A stretch of DNA of 64,000 bases. It comes from a virus. Positions 42,186-52,312 of this stretch are shown here, piece by piece. The DNA is taken from IMG/VR virus record IMGVR_UViG_3300010334_000030, positions 32,001 through 96,000 of that record; one strand, given 5' to 3'. Both the position numbers and the translations under genes were made by a program. Position 1 is the first letter of the stretch, and every line of letters starts with the position of its first letter. The notes under the pieces were generated by a model. The model made no database searches, was not told the origin of the DNA, and worked only from the letters and a program-made list of their open reading frames with translations.

Positions 42186-44387
42186 TTAATTATTTGTTAA
42201 ACTTTTTCCTAAAAGATCAACCTGGAAAGTGAGATTGTCTCCATCTATACAAACTATCTCTATTACTGGTAAATATGAAAAGAGAGAAAAATCAGAATCT
42301 TTTAATGTTATTATAGAAGTTGAATATTGTACACCAGAAGGATTTGATAAAGGATAATTTCCTAAAGCATTAGTCAATATTCTAATTATAAAATCTCCAG
42401 GATATATTTTATCACCAAAAGAAATTCTAAATCTTTGACCAGTTTTCCATTGATTTAAACCTCCGTCATTAATTCTGATAGTTAAATCGCTAGCAAGGGT
42501 TAAAACCTGACTGTTATTAACGTATTTAAAATAATTAGAAAATGGTAAGAGATCGATTATATTAGAGGACCCAGGGACAAAGGTACCTTTAGATTTATTA
42601 GAGCCTATTGTGAAATCCTGATTGGCATTATATAGGGTCAATTCATTTTTAACGCTTCTATCAACTATAATACCCGATCCCTGCTTGATCAAGTCAAGAT
42701 CATAAGAGATCTGAACGTTAGTCTGATTATTCAAAATGGATCTTACGAGATCGTAATTTTGATTAATAAGCTGCATTATAGAGCTAGTGTTTCTAAATAA
42801 AGCCTGATTAGAAGCAAGGGTTTGCTCTAGATCTGATATTCTTCTATCGAGATTTAAAGCTGTAGAAGAGCTCAGTGTAATATTCTCAATATTCGTGACT
42901 CTGTTGCTTAGCTGAACAAAATCGTATGATGAATTATTTAAAGTGGAACTTGCCTCCTGCAAAACATTCATAGCATCCATAAACATGGACAACGAGAATG
43001 GCGAATAATCATTTATAGATTGTTCAACCCCAGTTTGGCTAACGTCAGTATCAAATCTGAGGTTTATTTTAAATCCATAAGAGTTACCGTTAAGCTTAGT
43101 TACAGGATTTGGTTTATATTTTTTAAGTCTAGGTATATAAATTTCACCCCCTGTACTGTTAACATCATCCAAGAAAAGAACACCGAAAAGATTCGTTGCG
43201 CTATCTGTTATATTAGCTGGATCATAAACATCGTAATAAACAAGCACGCAATTAAACTCAAAATCGTTAGCAATTGGGGTAGCGTTAAATTCTTCAAGAG
43301 TGCTAATACTAGGATTCTCTAAAATCTGTTGGTATGAATTAGGGTCGAAGTCTATTCCTATTGAATCTAATCTTGATCTAACGTAAGATCCACTAGCTCC
43401 ATTGTAGGTTTTAGTTAATATGTCATTAGATGCATCGGTAAAAATTAGATCACTAAAATACGTGTTTGGTGTGTCTCTCGGGGTATACCAATTTCCAGTT
43501 TGTGTTGAGCCATTGGTTCCAGTGTAAAAAAAAGTTGATGTTGGTGCTCCTAAAACGTCATCATCGAATATTGAAAGAGTTGTAAGACCGCTAGGATTAA
43601 TATCACTATAGGATCTTCCGTAAAGATACTCAACATCTAAAGGATTGTTAGGAGAATTTGTCCATTGATAGTTTGAATAGTAATTTTTATCAACAACATT
43701 CTTAAATAAAACTGTTGGGGTATTACCATCTTTAGTTGGAATATAAACGTAAACCTCTGAATATGTATTAGAAGAGTTTTTTACACTATTTACTATATCC
43801 AGATTTCCTATATACTGAACAACTTTGCTATAATTAGCCCCTGTAATTCCATAGGATCCTGTCGTACCAACAGTTGTATCACCCTCTGCATATCTTTTTT
43901 GAGTAACTGGAAGTCCGTTAGTTATTGTAACGGTACTTTGATCTAATGAAGCAGATACTTCATCGGAAGTTGCAGGTCTATATCTAATAGCTCCTATTTC
44001 TTTTAGCCATTTAAAAAAGACTCTCTCTGAAATATTACTTTTTAGTGAGGGATCATATCCAGAATTTCCAGTAACGGTTGACTCTAAGTTTAAACAGTAA
44101 CTTTGGAAGCTTTGAGAGAAATCAACATTAGGATCTCCGGTAATTATTTTTTTGGCATTAGTAACATAATCAATAAAAGCACTATCGGGTGCATTTAATC
44201 TAATTTTATTTGACTGCCCCTTATAGGTGTTATCTATATTTGGTATATTAAGAAGTGCAAATTTAGAGAACTTAAACTTATTTGCCGAGTTGTTAAAAGT
44301 AAAAGATAAATCCTCGGCGGAAGAAGAAAAAGAATAGAAGGTTCCTCCTTGAACTTGGAGAGGTCTTATAAAAGGTGTTTTTGCCAT
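42186..44387 (-). CDS. Virion structural protein
   Basis: 733 aa; short coiled coil LSNRVTNIE...RISDLE; structural context. Confidence 0.6.
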   Translation of the reverse strand: MAKTPFIRPLQVQGGTFYSFSSSAEDLSFTFNNSANKFKFSKFALLNIPNIDNTYKGQSNKIRLNAPDSAFIDYVTNAKKIITGDPNVDFSQSFQSYCLNLESTVTGNSGYDPSLKSNISERVFFKWLKEIGAIRYRPATSDEVSASLDQSTVTITNGLPVTQKRYAEGDTTVGTTGSYGITGANYSKVVQYIGNLDIVNSVKNSSNTYSEVYVYIPTKDGNTPTVLFKNVVDKNYYSNYQWTNSPNNPLDVEYLYGRSYSDINPSGLTTLSIFDDDVLGAPTSTFFYTGTNGSTQTGNWYTPRDTPNTYFSDLIFTDASNDILTKTYNGASGSYVRSRLDSIGIDFDPNSYQQILENPSISTLEEFNATPIANDFEFNCVLVYYDVYDPANITDSATNLFGVLFLDDVNSTGGEIYIPRLKKYKPNPVTKLNGNSYGFKINLRFDTDVSQTGVEQSINDYSPFSLSMFMDAMNVLQEASSTLNNSSYDFVQLSNRVTNIENITLSSSTALNLDRRISDLEQTLASNQALFRNTSSIMQLINQNYDLVRSILNNQTNVQISYDLDLIKQGSGIIVDRSVKNELTLYNANQDFTIGSNKSKGTFVPGSSNIIDLLPFSNYFKYVNNSQVLTLASDLTIRINDGGLNQWKTGQRFRISFGDKIYPGDFIIRILTNALGNYPLSNPSGVQYSTSIITLKDSDFSLFSYLPVIEIVCIDGDNLTFQVDLLGKSLTNN

Positions 44388-44411
44388 TAAATTATTTTAT
44401 TTTTCCTTCGA

Positions 44412-45320
44412 TTAAACTGTCATGTTTGTTGCTCCTAAAACTACCCAAGATCCTTTTTGAGTTGTTTGATCTGCTGCTATTCTTGGTTCCCATTGAAGTT
44501 GAATAGATGATCTATAAGCTTTACTTGCAGTTACTGTTATTCCGCTTGTTGAGAATCCTCCATGGGTAGAGACGTTATTAAATCCAGTATAGTATGTAGA
44601 GGAAGTTCCTGTAGCACCTGTCCAAATATAACCAGCAGCAGCACTAGTATTAACTATAGTGATTCTTGTTCCCTGAGCTATGCTTGCTGCAGTTGCACCC
44701 GTACCACCAACAACCTTTAGGTGGAATCCAGTTGGACCCTGACAATTAGCATAAATAACATCTTCCAATCCAGTTATTGTATACGGGGAATTCACAGAGG
44801 TTACATAACCTCCGCCGCCAATATTTGCAGTGTTTACCTGGAAAGCTGAGCCTGCTGTTAGACCTGTACGAACAGTGGTATTACTGCTAATAACGTGACC
44901 TTGTACGCCTAAATAAAATGCACCATTAGCAGAAAGACTACCGTTAAAACTTGCAGTTGCTCCTACTGTCATAGTAGCTGCAGAAGTTACTGAAAGACTT
45001 CCGCTGAGGGTAACATTACCAGAAGCGGTGAGAGATGTTGAGCTTACAGAGGAAAAAGATGCCTGTCCCGCAGAATCGACAGAGGCGGTCACAGTTCCTG
45101 ATGCTGGGATTGATAAAGAGCTAAATGCCCCTATTTTAGCTGAAACCTTTCCTGTTGAGGCGTTGGTTAGATCGAGTATTCCATTAACGCTATCTACTCC
45201 GAAAACAGATACGTATCCATTGATCCAATTTTGCAAAATTAAAAAATTAGAATTAATGGTTATCCTTGATCCGGAGATGGAATCTGATCCTAAAATTTCT
45301 GTGGTGTTTACTGTTGCCAT
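44412..45320 (-). CDS. Short fibre/baseplate protein
   Basis: N-terminal DSISGSRITINSNF (gp9/gp10-like motif); S/T/G/A-rich beta shaft. Confidence 0.6.
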   Translation of the reverse strand: MATVNTTEILGSDSISGSRITINSNFLILQNWINGYVSVFGVDSVNGILDLTNASTGKVSAKIGAFSSLSIPASGTVTASVDSAGQASFSSVSSTSLTASGNVTLSGSLSVTSAATMTVGATASFNGSLSANGAFYLGVQGHVISSNTTVRTGLTAGSAFQVNTANIGGGGYVTSVNSPYTITGLEDVIYANCQGPTGFHLKVVGGTGATAASIAQGTRITIVNTSAAAGYIWTGATGTSSTYYTGFNNVSTHGGFSTSGITVTASKAYRSSIQLQWEPRIAADQTTQKGSWVVLGATNMTV

Positions 45321-45349
45321 TTTTTTGTTTTATTTCTTTTTAATCCGAA

Positions 45350-45357
45350 TATATATC
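45350..45357 (-). promoter_or_regulatory. GATATATA putative late-promoter motif
   Basis: In the divergent intergenic region, 29 nt upstream of ATG at 45320; a promoter is needed here because phoH interrupts the minus-strand run. Confidence 0.65.
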
Positions 45358-45526
45358 AATATCTCAGACAACTCCTAAATATGATAATACAAAGAGATAA
45401 GATCTCAGACAATGAGATCACTGACTTTAATTTAACTGCAAACCTTTGGAATTATTCCAATAAAAAGGATATATTTTTTATTCCTCTTATAAAAAGAGAG
45501 ATCCGTCAACAAATCTAAAAAAAATA

Positions 45527-46189
45527 ATGTCACCTATGCAAAACCAGCCAAAAAAGCCAAAAAATTCAATAAGGTTTAATATCACCTTAAATGAGGAACA
45601 AAAAGCGGCTAAGGAGAAGATATTGCAATCAAAAGTATCCTTTCTAAAGGGTCAAGCAGGTAGCGGTAAATCACTACTAGCAGCTCAGATAGCTTTGGAT
45701 CTACTCTTTAAAAAAGATGTTAAAAAAATAATACTTACCAGGCCTGCAGTTACCGCTGGTGAGGAAATTGGATTTCTGCCAGGCGACAAAGACGCTAAAT
45801 TAGCTCCATACACAGCTGCTATCTATGACAACATGTACATGCTGTACAATAAAGAAAAAATAGATAAAGAGATCTCAGAAGGAAATATAGAGGTTATACC
45901 TATTGGCTTTATGAGGGGTAGAAATTTCTCTGATTGTTGTGTAGTTATAGACGAATCTCAAAATATCACTCAAAATCAATTAGAGCTAATTATAACCAGG
46001 CTTTGTGTAGGTGCTAAAATGGTTTTTGTTGGTGATAACTCACAAATAGATCTAAAAGACAAAAGGCTAAGCGGATTCGACTGGTTATCAAAAAAACTAA
46101 GTTTTGTTGAAGGTGTTTCTGTTATATCTCTTAAAACAAATCACAGAGATCCAATAGTAGAAGAAATTCTTAAAGTTTTAAACGACTAA
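45527..46189 (+). CDS. phoH: PhoH-like ATPase
   Basis: GQAGSGKS, IILTRP, IGFLPG, FMRGRNF, IDESQN, GDNSQID, HRDPIV. Confidence 0.95.
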   Translation: MSPMQNQPKKPKNSIRFNITLNEEQKAAKEKILQSKVSFLKGQAGSGKSLLAAQIALDLLFKKDVKKIILTRPAVTAGEEIGFLPGDKDAKLAPYTAAIYDNMYMLYNKEKIDKEISEGNIEVIPIGFMRGRNFSDCCVVIDESQNITQNQLELIITRLCVGAKMVFVGDNSQIDLKDKRLSGFDWLSKKLSFVEGVSVISLKTNHRDPIVEEILKVLND

Positions 46190-49100
46190 GCAGGTTCAGA
46201 ATCGAACGTAGCATCAGGATTATCGGGAATAACAACTTCAACACCAAATTGAATTCTGTTATTCTCGAGAATCTCTTTTTCTTGAACCATAAGATCATCC
46301 TCTAATTTTCTCACATCATAATCTCTACTAACGAAGGAAGGTTCAGGGTATCCATAATCAGTTGAATCAACAAAATTAGGATTATTGTCATCAGGTCTTT
46401 TGTTTTTATGATCAATAACTTGGATAAATCCAGGTAGTGATGCTTCGTAAACATTCCCAAAAGAATCCTCAACCTGATTGTATATTTGGTAATATCCACT
46501 CTTAGTAAATGTGTATATAAAGTAAGGAGTAGATTTAACATTAAGTATTTCTTCACCTGTGAGCGAATCTGAAAGAATCCAAACATTATTCTTCTTACCA
46601 TATATGTCAGAAGAATAGTTGTTAAAAACAACAGTAGACATAAGAGGAATTTCTAGATGATTATTGGACGAGTGCACGTCGCACCAGGTCCACGCTCCCG
46701 AGCCCGGGCGGGATATAATGTTTCCAAGGTTTATCCCAAGTTCAGGTTTATATTGTTCAGATTTAAGTGTAAAGTATGCTGGATAAATTGGGGAGATGAA
46801 ACCAGTTCCTGCTCCAGTTGTCCCATATGAACTAGATGTCATATAAATATCAGAACTCTTAGATGTTGAAAAAATCAAGTCTATAGATCTAGTTCCAAAA
46901 TTGTTTGAATCTAATATATTTCCTTTAGTGTCCGTTTTAACTATATTTGTTACATACTTAGTTTTGGTGGAATTGAAATTAGAATAACTCATAAAATATT
47001 GACCATTAGAAAGAATTCTCGCATCTTTTAAAAATGGTGCACCGTTATAGCTCTCACCAAGATCGAATGAAAATATTCTTCTCACTGAAGCTTGTTCTGT
47101 TATTTGTGCAGTTATTGCTCTTTTTATAGGATTGCCCCCAGTTCCAACAGACCAACTATTAACATTAGCTCCAAAATAAGATGCAGTCGGACCAAAAGCA
47201 GTTGTTATATAATAGGAAGTTCCAGTTTTAGTGGAATAGATCTCTGCAGTAGCTCCCGCGGTTAGACCATTTTCTATAAATCCACCAGTTACACCAAACC
47301 CCTCTGAGCTAACAAGAATATAATATGGCTGTGATTCATATCCAGAAGAGCTTGTTAAATCAGTACCGCCAAAATTAAAGGCAGGTGGGACATACGGAAT
47401 AATGTATGGCAAATATCCAGTTATTAAGCTACTTCCGGTATTTAACGAAGAGATTGAAAGAGTATGATCGTTATAAAATAAGTCCTGATTGGATGCTGAA
47501 TTAATACCTGATCTAATGGAAAAATCGTCTCTGTTTAGGCTTAAACAAGAAAGAAATCTCCAATCGAATGTCAGGTCTGTTAAATATTCAGGGCTTTTAT
47601 AAGAATCATTATTTCTTAGCCATAGATTTTTTAGCGTTGATAGTTTATTGTAATGGGGGATTAAAACATTAACGGTGTAATCAGTAACATCACAGGTAAC
47701 ACTTGAGCTATCATAGGAGCCAGACCAAATAGAGGTACTTGGAAATGATCTGAAATTTATAACTCTATACGATTTTCTGATCGATTCATTATATCCGCCG
47801 GTGATTCCAGTAAAAGATGTTATCTCTCCTAAATCTTTTTCAACCTCCGCAACAAAAACACCGGGTGCTTGTTTACTTGATAAAACGGTATTGCTTAGTA
47901 AACTTGAAAGGGAAGGTATTAAAGGAAAAGTTTTATTGGAATATGTATAGACATTAAAAACTAAGTCTGAAGTGGTTGGAATTGATGTTGAACCCGATCC
48001 AGACTGGAAAGAAACTTGAAAAACAAAACGAGTTTTTGTTGCAATTATTTCCTTATATCCAGACAATATAGAATAATATCCATATAAGCTAGGGGAAGCT
48101 GCTGTTCCGATCGTCATTGCATATCTGAATGGAAGGTTATCTAAATACGAATAAGCCGACACACTGGTATACTGTGTTTCATTTAATAATATTGTTGACA
48201 CACTTCCAAATGACCCAGCTGTTGCTCCGGTCGGAATCAAGAAATCACAATTCCCTGATGTTGCAGAATTGCCGGGTGAATATCTATAGGTTAATGATGA
48301 AACCGCACCATTAGTATATTTAGATCCAGTTGCTCCTGTTGCAGAATATATCCAGGGATAAGCTCCAGAGGTTGCTCCTGTTAAACCTGAATTAGTAATC
48401 CCCAAGGGAGCACCGCTAGGTCCATTAGAGTATCCAGTAACAGCGGAAGCCAAGCCGGAATAAACATACGATCCATTCTCAATTAACAGATTATAGGTTC
48501 CTGCTAAAACAATAGAATTTCCATCGGGGGAAGGTTTTATTGATGTTACTTCAGTACTACTTCCATTGAATGTTATACTTGATTTAACACATCCGCAATC
48601 ATCATACGAAACTACAAATCCAGTATAAGAAACGCCAGTATCGGTAGAATTTATATTAAATCCATTAGTCCCGGTAATAGTTAAAGGAGTCCCATCGTTA
48701 TATGATCCAAAATTAATTGATTTGTTTTGAGCTATTTTTCCTCCTATATACAGTCTGTTGGATCCATTTATCGTAAGGGTCGCTGATGAAGTTATTTTAA
48801 ATTCATAATCATTCCCGATATTAGGATTAAGCTGAGTAATCCATTTTGGAGATTGTATTTTATTGATAAGTAAATCCTGATCATATGTTGGGATTGGGTA
48901 GTTATTCCAATAGGCTTGTTCTCCCGCACGACCATCTGCAATATCAGATAGCTTTGTGGTTAGAAAAAGATTTCTCGGATCTAAACCAGGATGCTTATAT
49001 TCAAGCTCATCATTTTGATAAACCCTCCATTCTGGGTAAGTCCAAGTGTATTTGTTAACTTTTGGAATAGGTGAAGGTGATGCTCCTCCTGTTGGGCTAT

Positions 49101-50235
49101 AATAAACGAAATTCCATCCTGTGGCTCCTGAATACTTAGAAGATGCATAAACGTGAGGAACGTCATATTCAAACGATGCAAGCGTGTTATAGCCAAGAAC
49201 CCATAAAGAACCGGCTCTTACGTCAAAAGAATTTTGACCTATATTATCACCTACGAGCTCGATACCAAGCACATTGTCGCTAGATAAGGAAGAATTAGAA
49301 GAATTAAACTGAGTGTGTGAAGTGCCGTTAAAATGCCAAATACCAGTACCCTGGCTAAGCTCGCCATCTCCCTTAGAATAAAATACGTGACCATTCTTTC
49401 TAGCTTTCACTAATGTTACTGGACCGGTCGTTCCATAGTTCCAAAAAGAGACCCCATTGAAATAAGATAAACCTATATCCGTACCTATCCAGAGATTTCC
49501 ATCTTCATCAAAGTCAAGTGAATATACGGTATCAGATATTATGCCTGATGTTTTTGTGTTATAAACAGTGGCTTGTTTTATAATTTTAGTTCCATCGTTT
49601 AAAGAGATTGTAGAAAGACTTCCTTGAGGAAAAACATATAAACCCTCTTTTGTTCCAATATAATAGAGATAGCTTTTTCCATCTACACCCTTCGTTTTAA
49701 TATCATAAATATGAGGCCATATATAGCCTTCAACTTCTTCATACCATCTATCAATTTCCTTCAGATAATAAAAAAGTCTTCCGCCTGTAGAACCCTGAAT
49801 CCTACTATATGTTGATGCAGCAGCGGTTAAACCAGTTCCGTTTAATGGACTGCAGAAAGCAAGGATATCATCACCAAAAGGACAAGCATATATGAGAGAG
49901 ATCTCTTGTTGAACGTCAAATGTTCCTAAGTCTGAAAATTTCCAAGAATTTCCAATTTCAGGATTGTTGGTGTCAATGTTGAAAACAGCAACCTGATTAT
50001 ATCCAGATTCCACCCCTTGTGCAACTCCACACCATAGCGTCTCTTCATTGTCTATGGAAAGACATCTGGTGTCTAAATAGTAAGGGCTTCCATTTGGTTG
50101 AGGGACAGCAGAATTCTGGTATCCGTAATATTCCCAGGACATCCCATTGAATCTTCTTATATCTTGTCCAGAACCCCAAACATAGAACTCGTTATCTACG
50201 TCTATTTGATTTATGTATAAATTTGCTGTTGGCAT
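46186..50235 (-). CDS. Large beta-propeller protein with PKD/Ig-like C-terminus, probable virion appendage
   Basis: Two-component-regulator-type propeller blades (SLDFDEDGNLWIGTDIGLSYFNG); C-terminal YTFTKSGYYQIYNQVED. Confidence 0.65.
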   Translation of the reverse strand: MPTANLYINQIDVDNEFYVWGSGQDIRRFNGMSWEYYGYQNSAVPQPNGSPYYLDTRCLSIDNEETLWCGVAQGVESGYNQVAVFNIDTNNPEIGNSWKFSDLGTFDVQQEISLIYACPFGDDILAFCSPLNGTGLTAAASTYSRIQGSTGGRLFYYLKEIDRWYEEVEGYIWPHIYDIKTKGVDGKSYLYYIGTKEGLYVFPQGSLSTISLNDGTKIIKQATVYNTKTSGIISDTVYSLDFDEDGNLWIGTDIGLSYFNGVSFWNYGTTGPVTLVKARKNGHVFYSKGDGELSQGTGIWHFNGTSHTQFNSSNSSLSSDNVLGIELVGDNIGQNSFDVRAGSLWVLGYNTLASFEYDVPHVYASSKYSGATGWNFVYYSPTGGASPSPIPKVNKYTWTYPEWRVYQNDELEYKHPGLDPRNLFLTTKLSDIADGRAGEQAYWNNYPIPTYDQDLLINKIQSPKWITQLNPNIGNDYEFKITSSATLTINGSNRLYIGGKIAQNKSINFGSYNDGTPLTITGTNGFNINSTDTGVSYTGFVVSYDDCGCVKSSITFNGSSTEVTSIKPSPDGNSIVLAGTYNLLIENGSYVYSGLASAVTGYSNGPSGAPLGITNSGLTGATSGAYPWIYSATGATGSKYTNGAVSSLTYRYSPGNSATSGNCDFLIPTGATAGSFGSVSTILLNETQYTSVSAYSYLDNLPFRYAMTIGTAASPSLYGYYSILSGYKEIIATKTRFVFQVSFQSGSGSTSIPTTSDLVFNVYTYSNKTFPLIPSLSSLLSNTVLSSKQAPGVFVAEVEKDLGEITSFTGITGGYNESIRKSYRVINFRSFPSTSIWSGSYDSSSVTCDVTDYTVNVLIPHYNKLSTLKNLWLRNNDSYKSPEYLTDLTFDWRFLSCLSLNRDDFSIRSGINSASNQDLFYNDHTLSISSLNTGSSLITGYLPYIIPYVPPAFNFGGTDLTSSSGYESQPYYILVSSEGFGVTGGFIENGLTAGATAEIYSTKTGTSYYITTAFGPTASYFGANVNSWSVGTGGNPIKRAITAQITEQASVRRIFSFDLGESYNGAPFLKDARILSNGQYFMSYSNFNSTKTKYVTNIVKTDTKGNILDSNNFGTRSIDLIFSTSKSSDIYMTSSSYGTTGAGTGFISPIYPAYFTLKSEQYKPELGINLGNIISRPGSGAWTWCDVHSSNNHLEIPLMSTVVFNNYSSDIYGKKNNVWILSDSLTGEEILNVKSTPYFIYTFTKSGYYQIYNQVEDSFGNVYEASLPGFIQVIDHKNKRPDDNNPNFVDSTDYGYPEPSFVSRDYDVRKLEDDLMVQEKEILENNRIQFGVEVVIPDNPDATFDSEPA

Positions 50236-50242
50236 TCGATTT

Positions 50243-50250
50243 TATATATT
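50243..50250 (-). promoter_or_regulatory. AATATATA putative late-promoter motif
   Basis: 7 nt upstream of ATG at 50235; downstream context AAATCGA matches the 1951 site. Confidence 0.55.
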
Positions 50251-50261
50251 AAATTAGAAAA

Positions 50262-52283
50262 TTATCCTGGGAAATACCATCCTCTTCTGGCAGAAGTTCC
50301 CCCCACTGTGTATTGATAAGGATTTGCTATAGTGCTTTGCCCTAGCCCCATCCAGTCGACGGCTGTGTATTTTGGCCCAGTTGTTCCAGGAAACCAAGAA
50401 GCAGAGTTATCAGTAATAAGAACTTTAACAAGATAAAATCCATTGGTCACACCATATGGGTTAGGATTACCCGTTTTAGTATTAAATACATAATCCTCAT
50501 AGATTGAAAATTTCACGCCTTGAACATACCAACAAGCAGGCTCCTCAGCACTAACAGTTGAGGCATAAGCGGTTTCTCTCCATTGGTATTCCGGAGCAGC
50601 AGTGGCTCCAAAATAATATTTAAGATTAATCCCTCCGGTAACACCATAACCATTTGGAGCTGTAGTGGCAAGCTTAGAATTAATAATATCAACAAATCCA
50701 CCAGTGACTCCGTGAGGAGGTACACCCATATTCGTCGGTCTGTTATTAGCATACATTAAATTTCCATCATAAGAATTTCCAGTAGCACCTGAAGCCCCGA
50801 TGGTAATAGTAACTGCTCTTACTGTCTGGGGAGTAAAGCTACGAGAATTGTTAAAATAAAACGTAAAAGTTAAAATAATATCAGACTGAGCCCACTTTCC
50901 GGATGGTAAAACTCCGCCCATTCTGAATGGTAGTTTACTGTAGTATCCAACACTTGTATCGAGTCGCGACTCACCACCATTTAGCAAAAGAGTAGCAGCA
51001 GGGGTTAAACGAGTAGTTGTTGATTCATATCCTCTGGATGTTAGACAAGCAAAGCTTGTATCATTTATGTAATTGGTTATTGCATAATTTGACCAATATC
51101 TGTTAGTATTCGGGGTGTTATCTTCCCGATAATAGGGATCAAGCGGAATTTGATTGTTAGTATCCGCATAATAAAACTTATACCCCAAAACACTACTATA
51201 AATATCACCAGGGTACATGTAATTTCCCACAGAATATCTAGATAGTCCTGAAATGTTAAAAGGGGATACTGATAAATCGGTTGCATCATAACCAAAATCG
51301 CTATTGTTCCATTGGTATATAGTCAATTTGATCAAGCCAGAACCACTATAAGGCTCTAAAGTAGTTAGAATGGACCCAGAAGAAATCGTCTGTCCGGTAA
51401 GCATACCTGGGGTAAGACCAGGATAACTAAATTCGAAAAATGGACTGTAATAATAAATAGGTTCTCCCTGAGAATGAAAGGATAGGTTTGACATACCAGA
51501 TCCGCCCGGTTGAAGAAGATTTACACATATAATAGGACCATTTCCGCCCAGTCCAACGTTAGTTGTAGATACAAAATCATAAGGATCAACAACAGCTGAT
51601 AAAAATCTTTGCGTCTTATGTGGCGTTGTGCTATTTGCAGCTGGATAGTCTGCTAGATTTAAAAAGTCTGTGATCCCACTTTTGTTGTACGTGACACTGG
51701 TTGATGCACTATAAAGATTTCCTGTCGGGCTCGTTACAGTAAGAATAGCTGATGCAGTATATGGCGAATAAGTCGATCCAGATTCAGAGCCTGTTAGATC
51801 TCCCCAGTCGAAAATGTTTTTTGTTACTGATATGTTCTGTTTAGATGTTCCTGTAAATCCCACAGCTCCACCAGTTCCAGGTATTAAAAACTGATAATAA
51901 TAAGACCCTGTAGCAGAACTCCTGATTGTGCCAGTAGCCTGGAATTTTACATTTTGACTCATATCGACAACATTGGAAGGAGATCCTATAGGAGCACCTG
52001 CTGTTGTAAGGGTAATTATAGAGAGGTTTTCAATTTCAGATACAACGGAAACGTAAGAGGGAATAAAAATTGTATCGGTTGCTCCAATAGAATCTGTTGC
52101 TGTCAATCCTGCTCCGTATCCAGATGGGTTCTTTACAATATATCTTGTCGTAATGTTTGGAGAACTTCCAGTTGACGGTGATCCCCCAGGCAGATTCCAC
52201 GTTCTAGTAACCACAGTTCCTGGGGTAGTGTCATAGTAGTAAATGTAATCTCCTTGAACTATATAAACTTTATTGTATGCCAT
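50262..52283 (-). CDS. PKD-domain virion protein
   Basis: N-terminal DTTPG....RTWNLPGGSPSTGSSPN...Y PKD pattern. Confidence 0.6.
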   Translation of the reverse strand: MAYNKVYIVQGDYIYYYDTTPGTVVTRTWNLPGGSPSTGSSPNITTRYIVKNPSGYGAGLTATDSIGATDTIFIPSYVSVVSEIENLSIITLTTAGAPIGSPSNVVDMSQNVKFQATGTIRSSATGSYYYQFLIPGTGGAVGFTGTSKQNISVTKNIFDWGDLTGSESGSTYSPYTASAILTVTSPTGNLYSASTSVTYNKSGITDFLNLADYPAANSTTPHKTQRFLSAVVDPYDFVSTTNVGLGGNGPIICVNLLQPGGSGMSNLSFHSQGEPIYYYSPFFEFSYPGLTPGMLTGQTISSGSILTTLEPYSGSGLIKLTIYQWNNSDFGYDATDLSVSPFNISGLSRYSVGNYMYPGDIYSSVLGYKFYYADTNNQIPLDPYYREDNTPNTNRYWSNYAITNYINDTSFACLTSRGYESTTTRLTPAATLLLNGGESRLDTSVGYYSKLPFRMGGVLPSGKWAQSDIILTFTFYFNNSRSFTPQTVRAVTITIGASGATGNSYDGNLMYANNRPTNMGVPPHGVTGGFVDIINSKLATTAPNGYGVTGGINLKYYFGATAAPEYQWRETAYASTVSAEEPACWYVQGVKFSIYEDYVFNTKTGNPNPYGVTNGFYLVKVLITDNSASWFPGTTGPKYTAVDWMGLGQSTIANPYQYTVGGTSARRGWYFPG

Positions 52284-52304
52284 TTTAAATCAGATTTCTT
52301 AAAT

Positions 52305-52312
52305 TATATATT
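52305..52312 (-). promoter_or_regulatory. AATATATA putative late-promoter motif
   Basis: 21 nt upstream of ATG at 52283. Confidence 0.5.
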
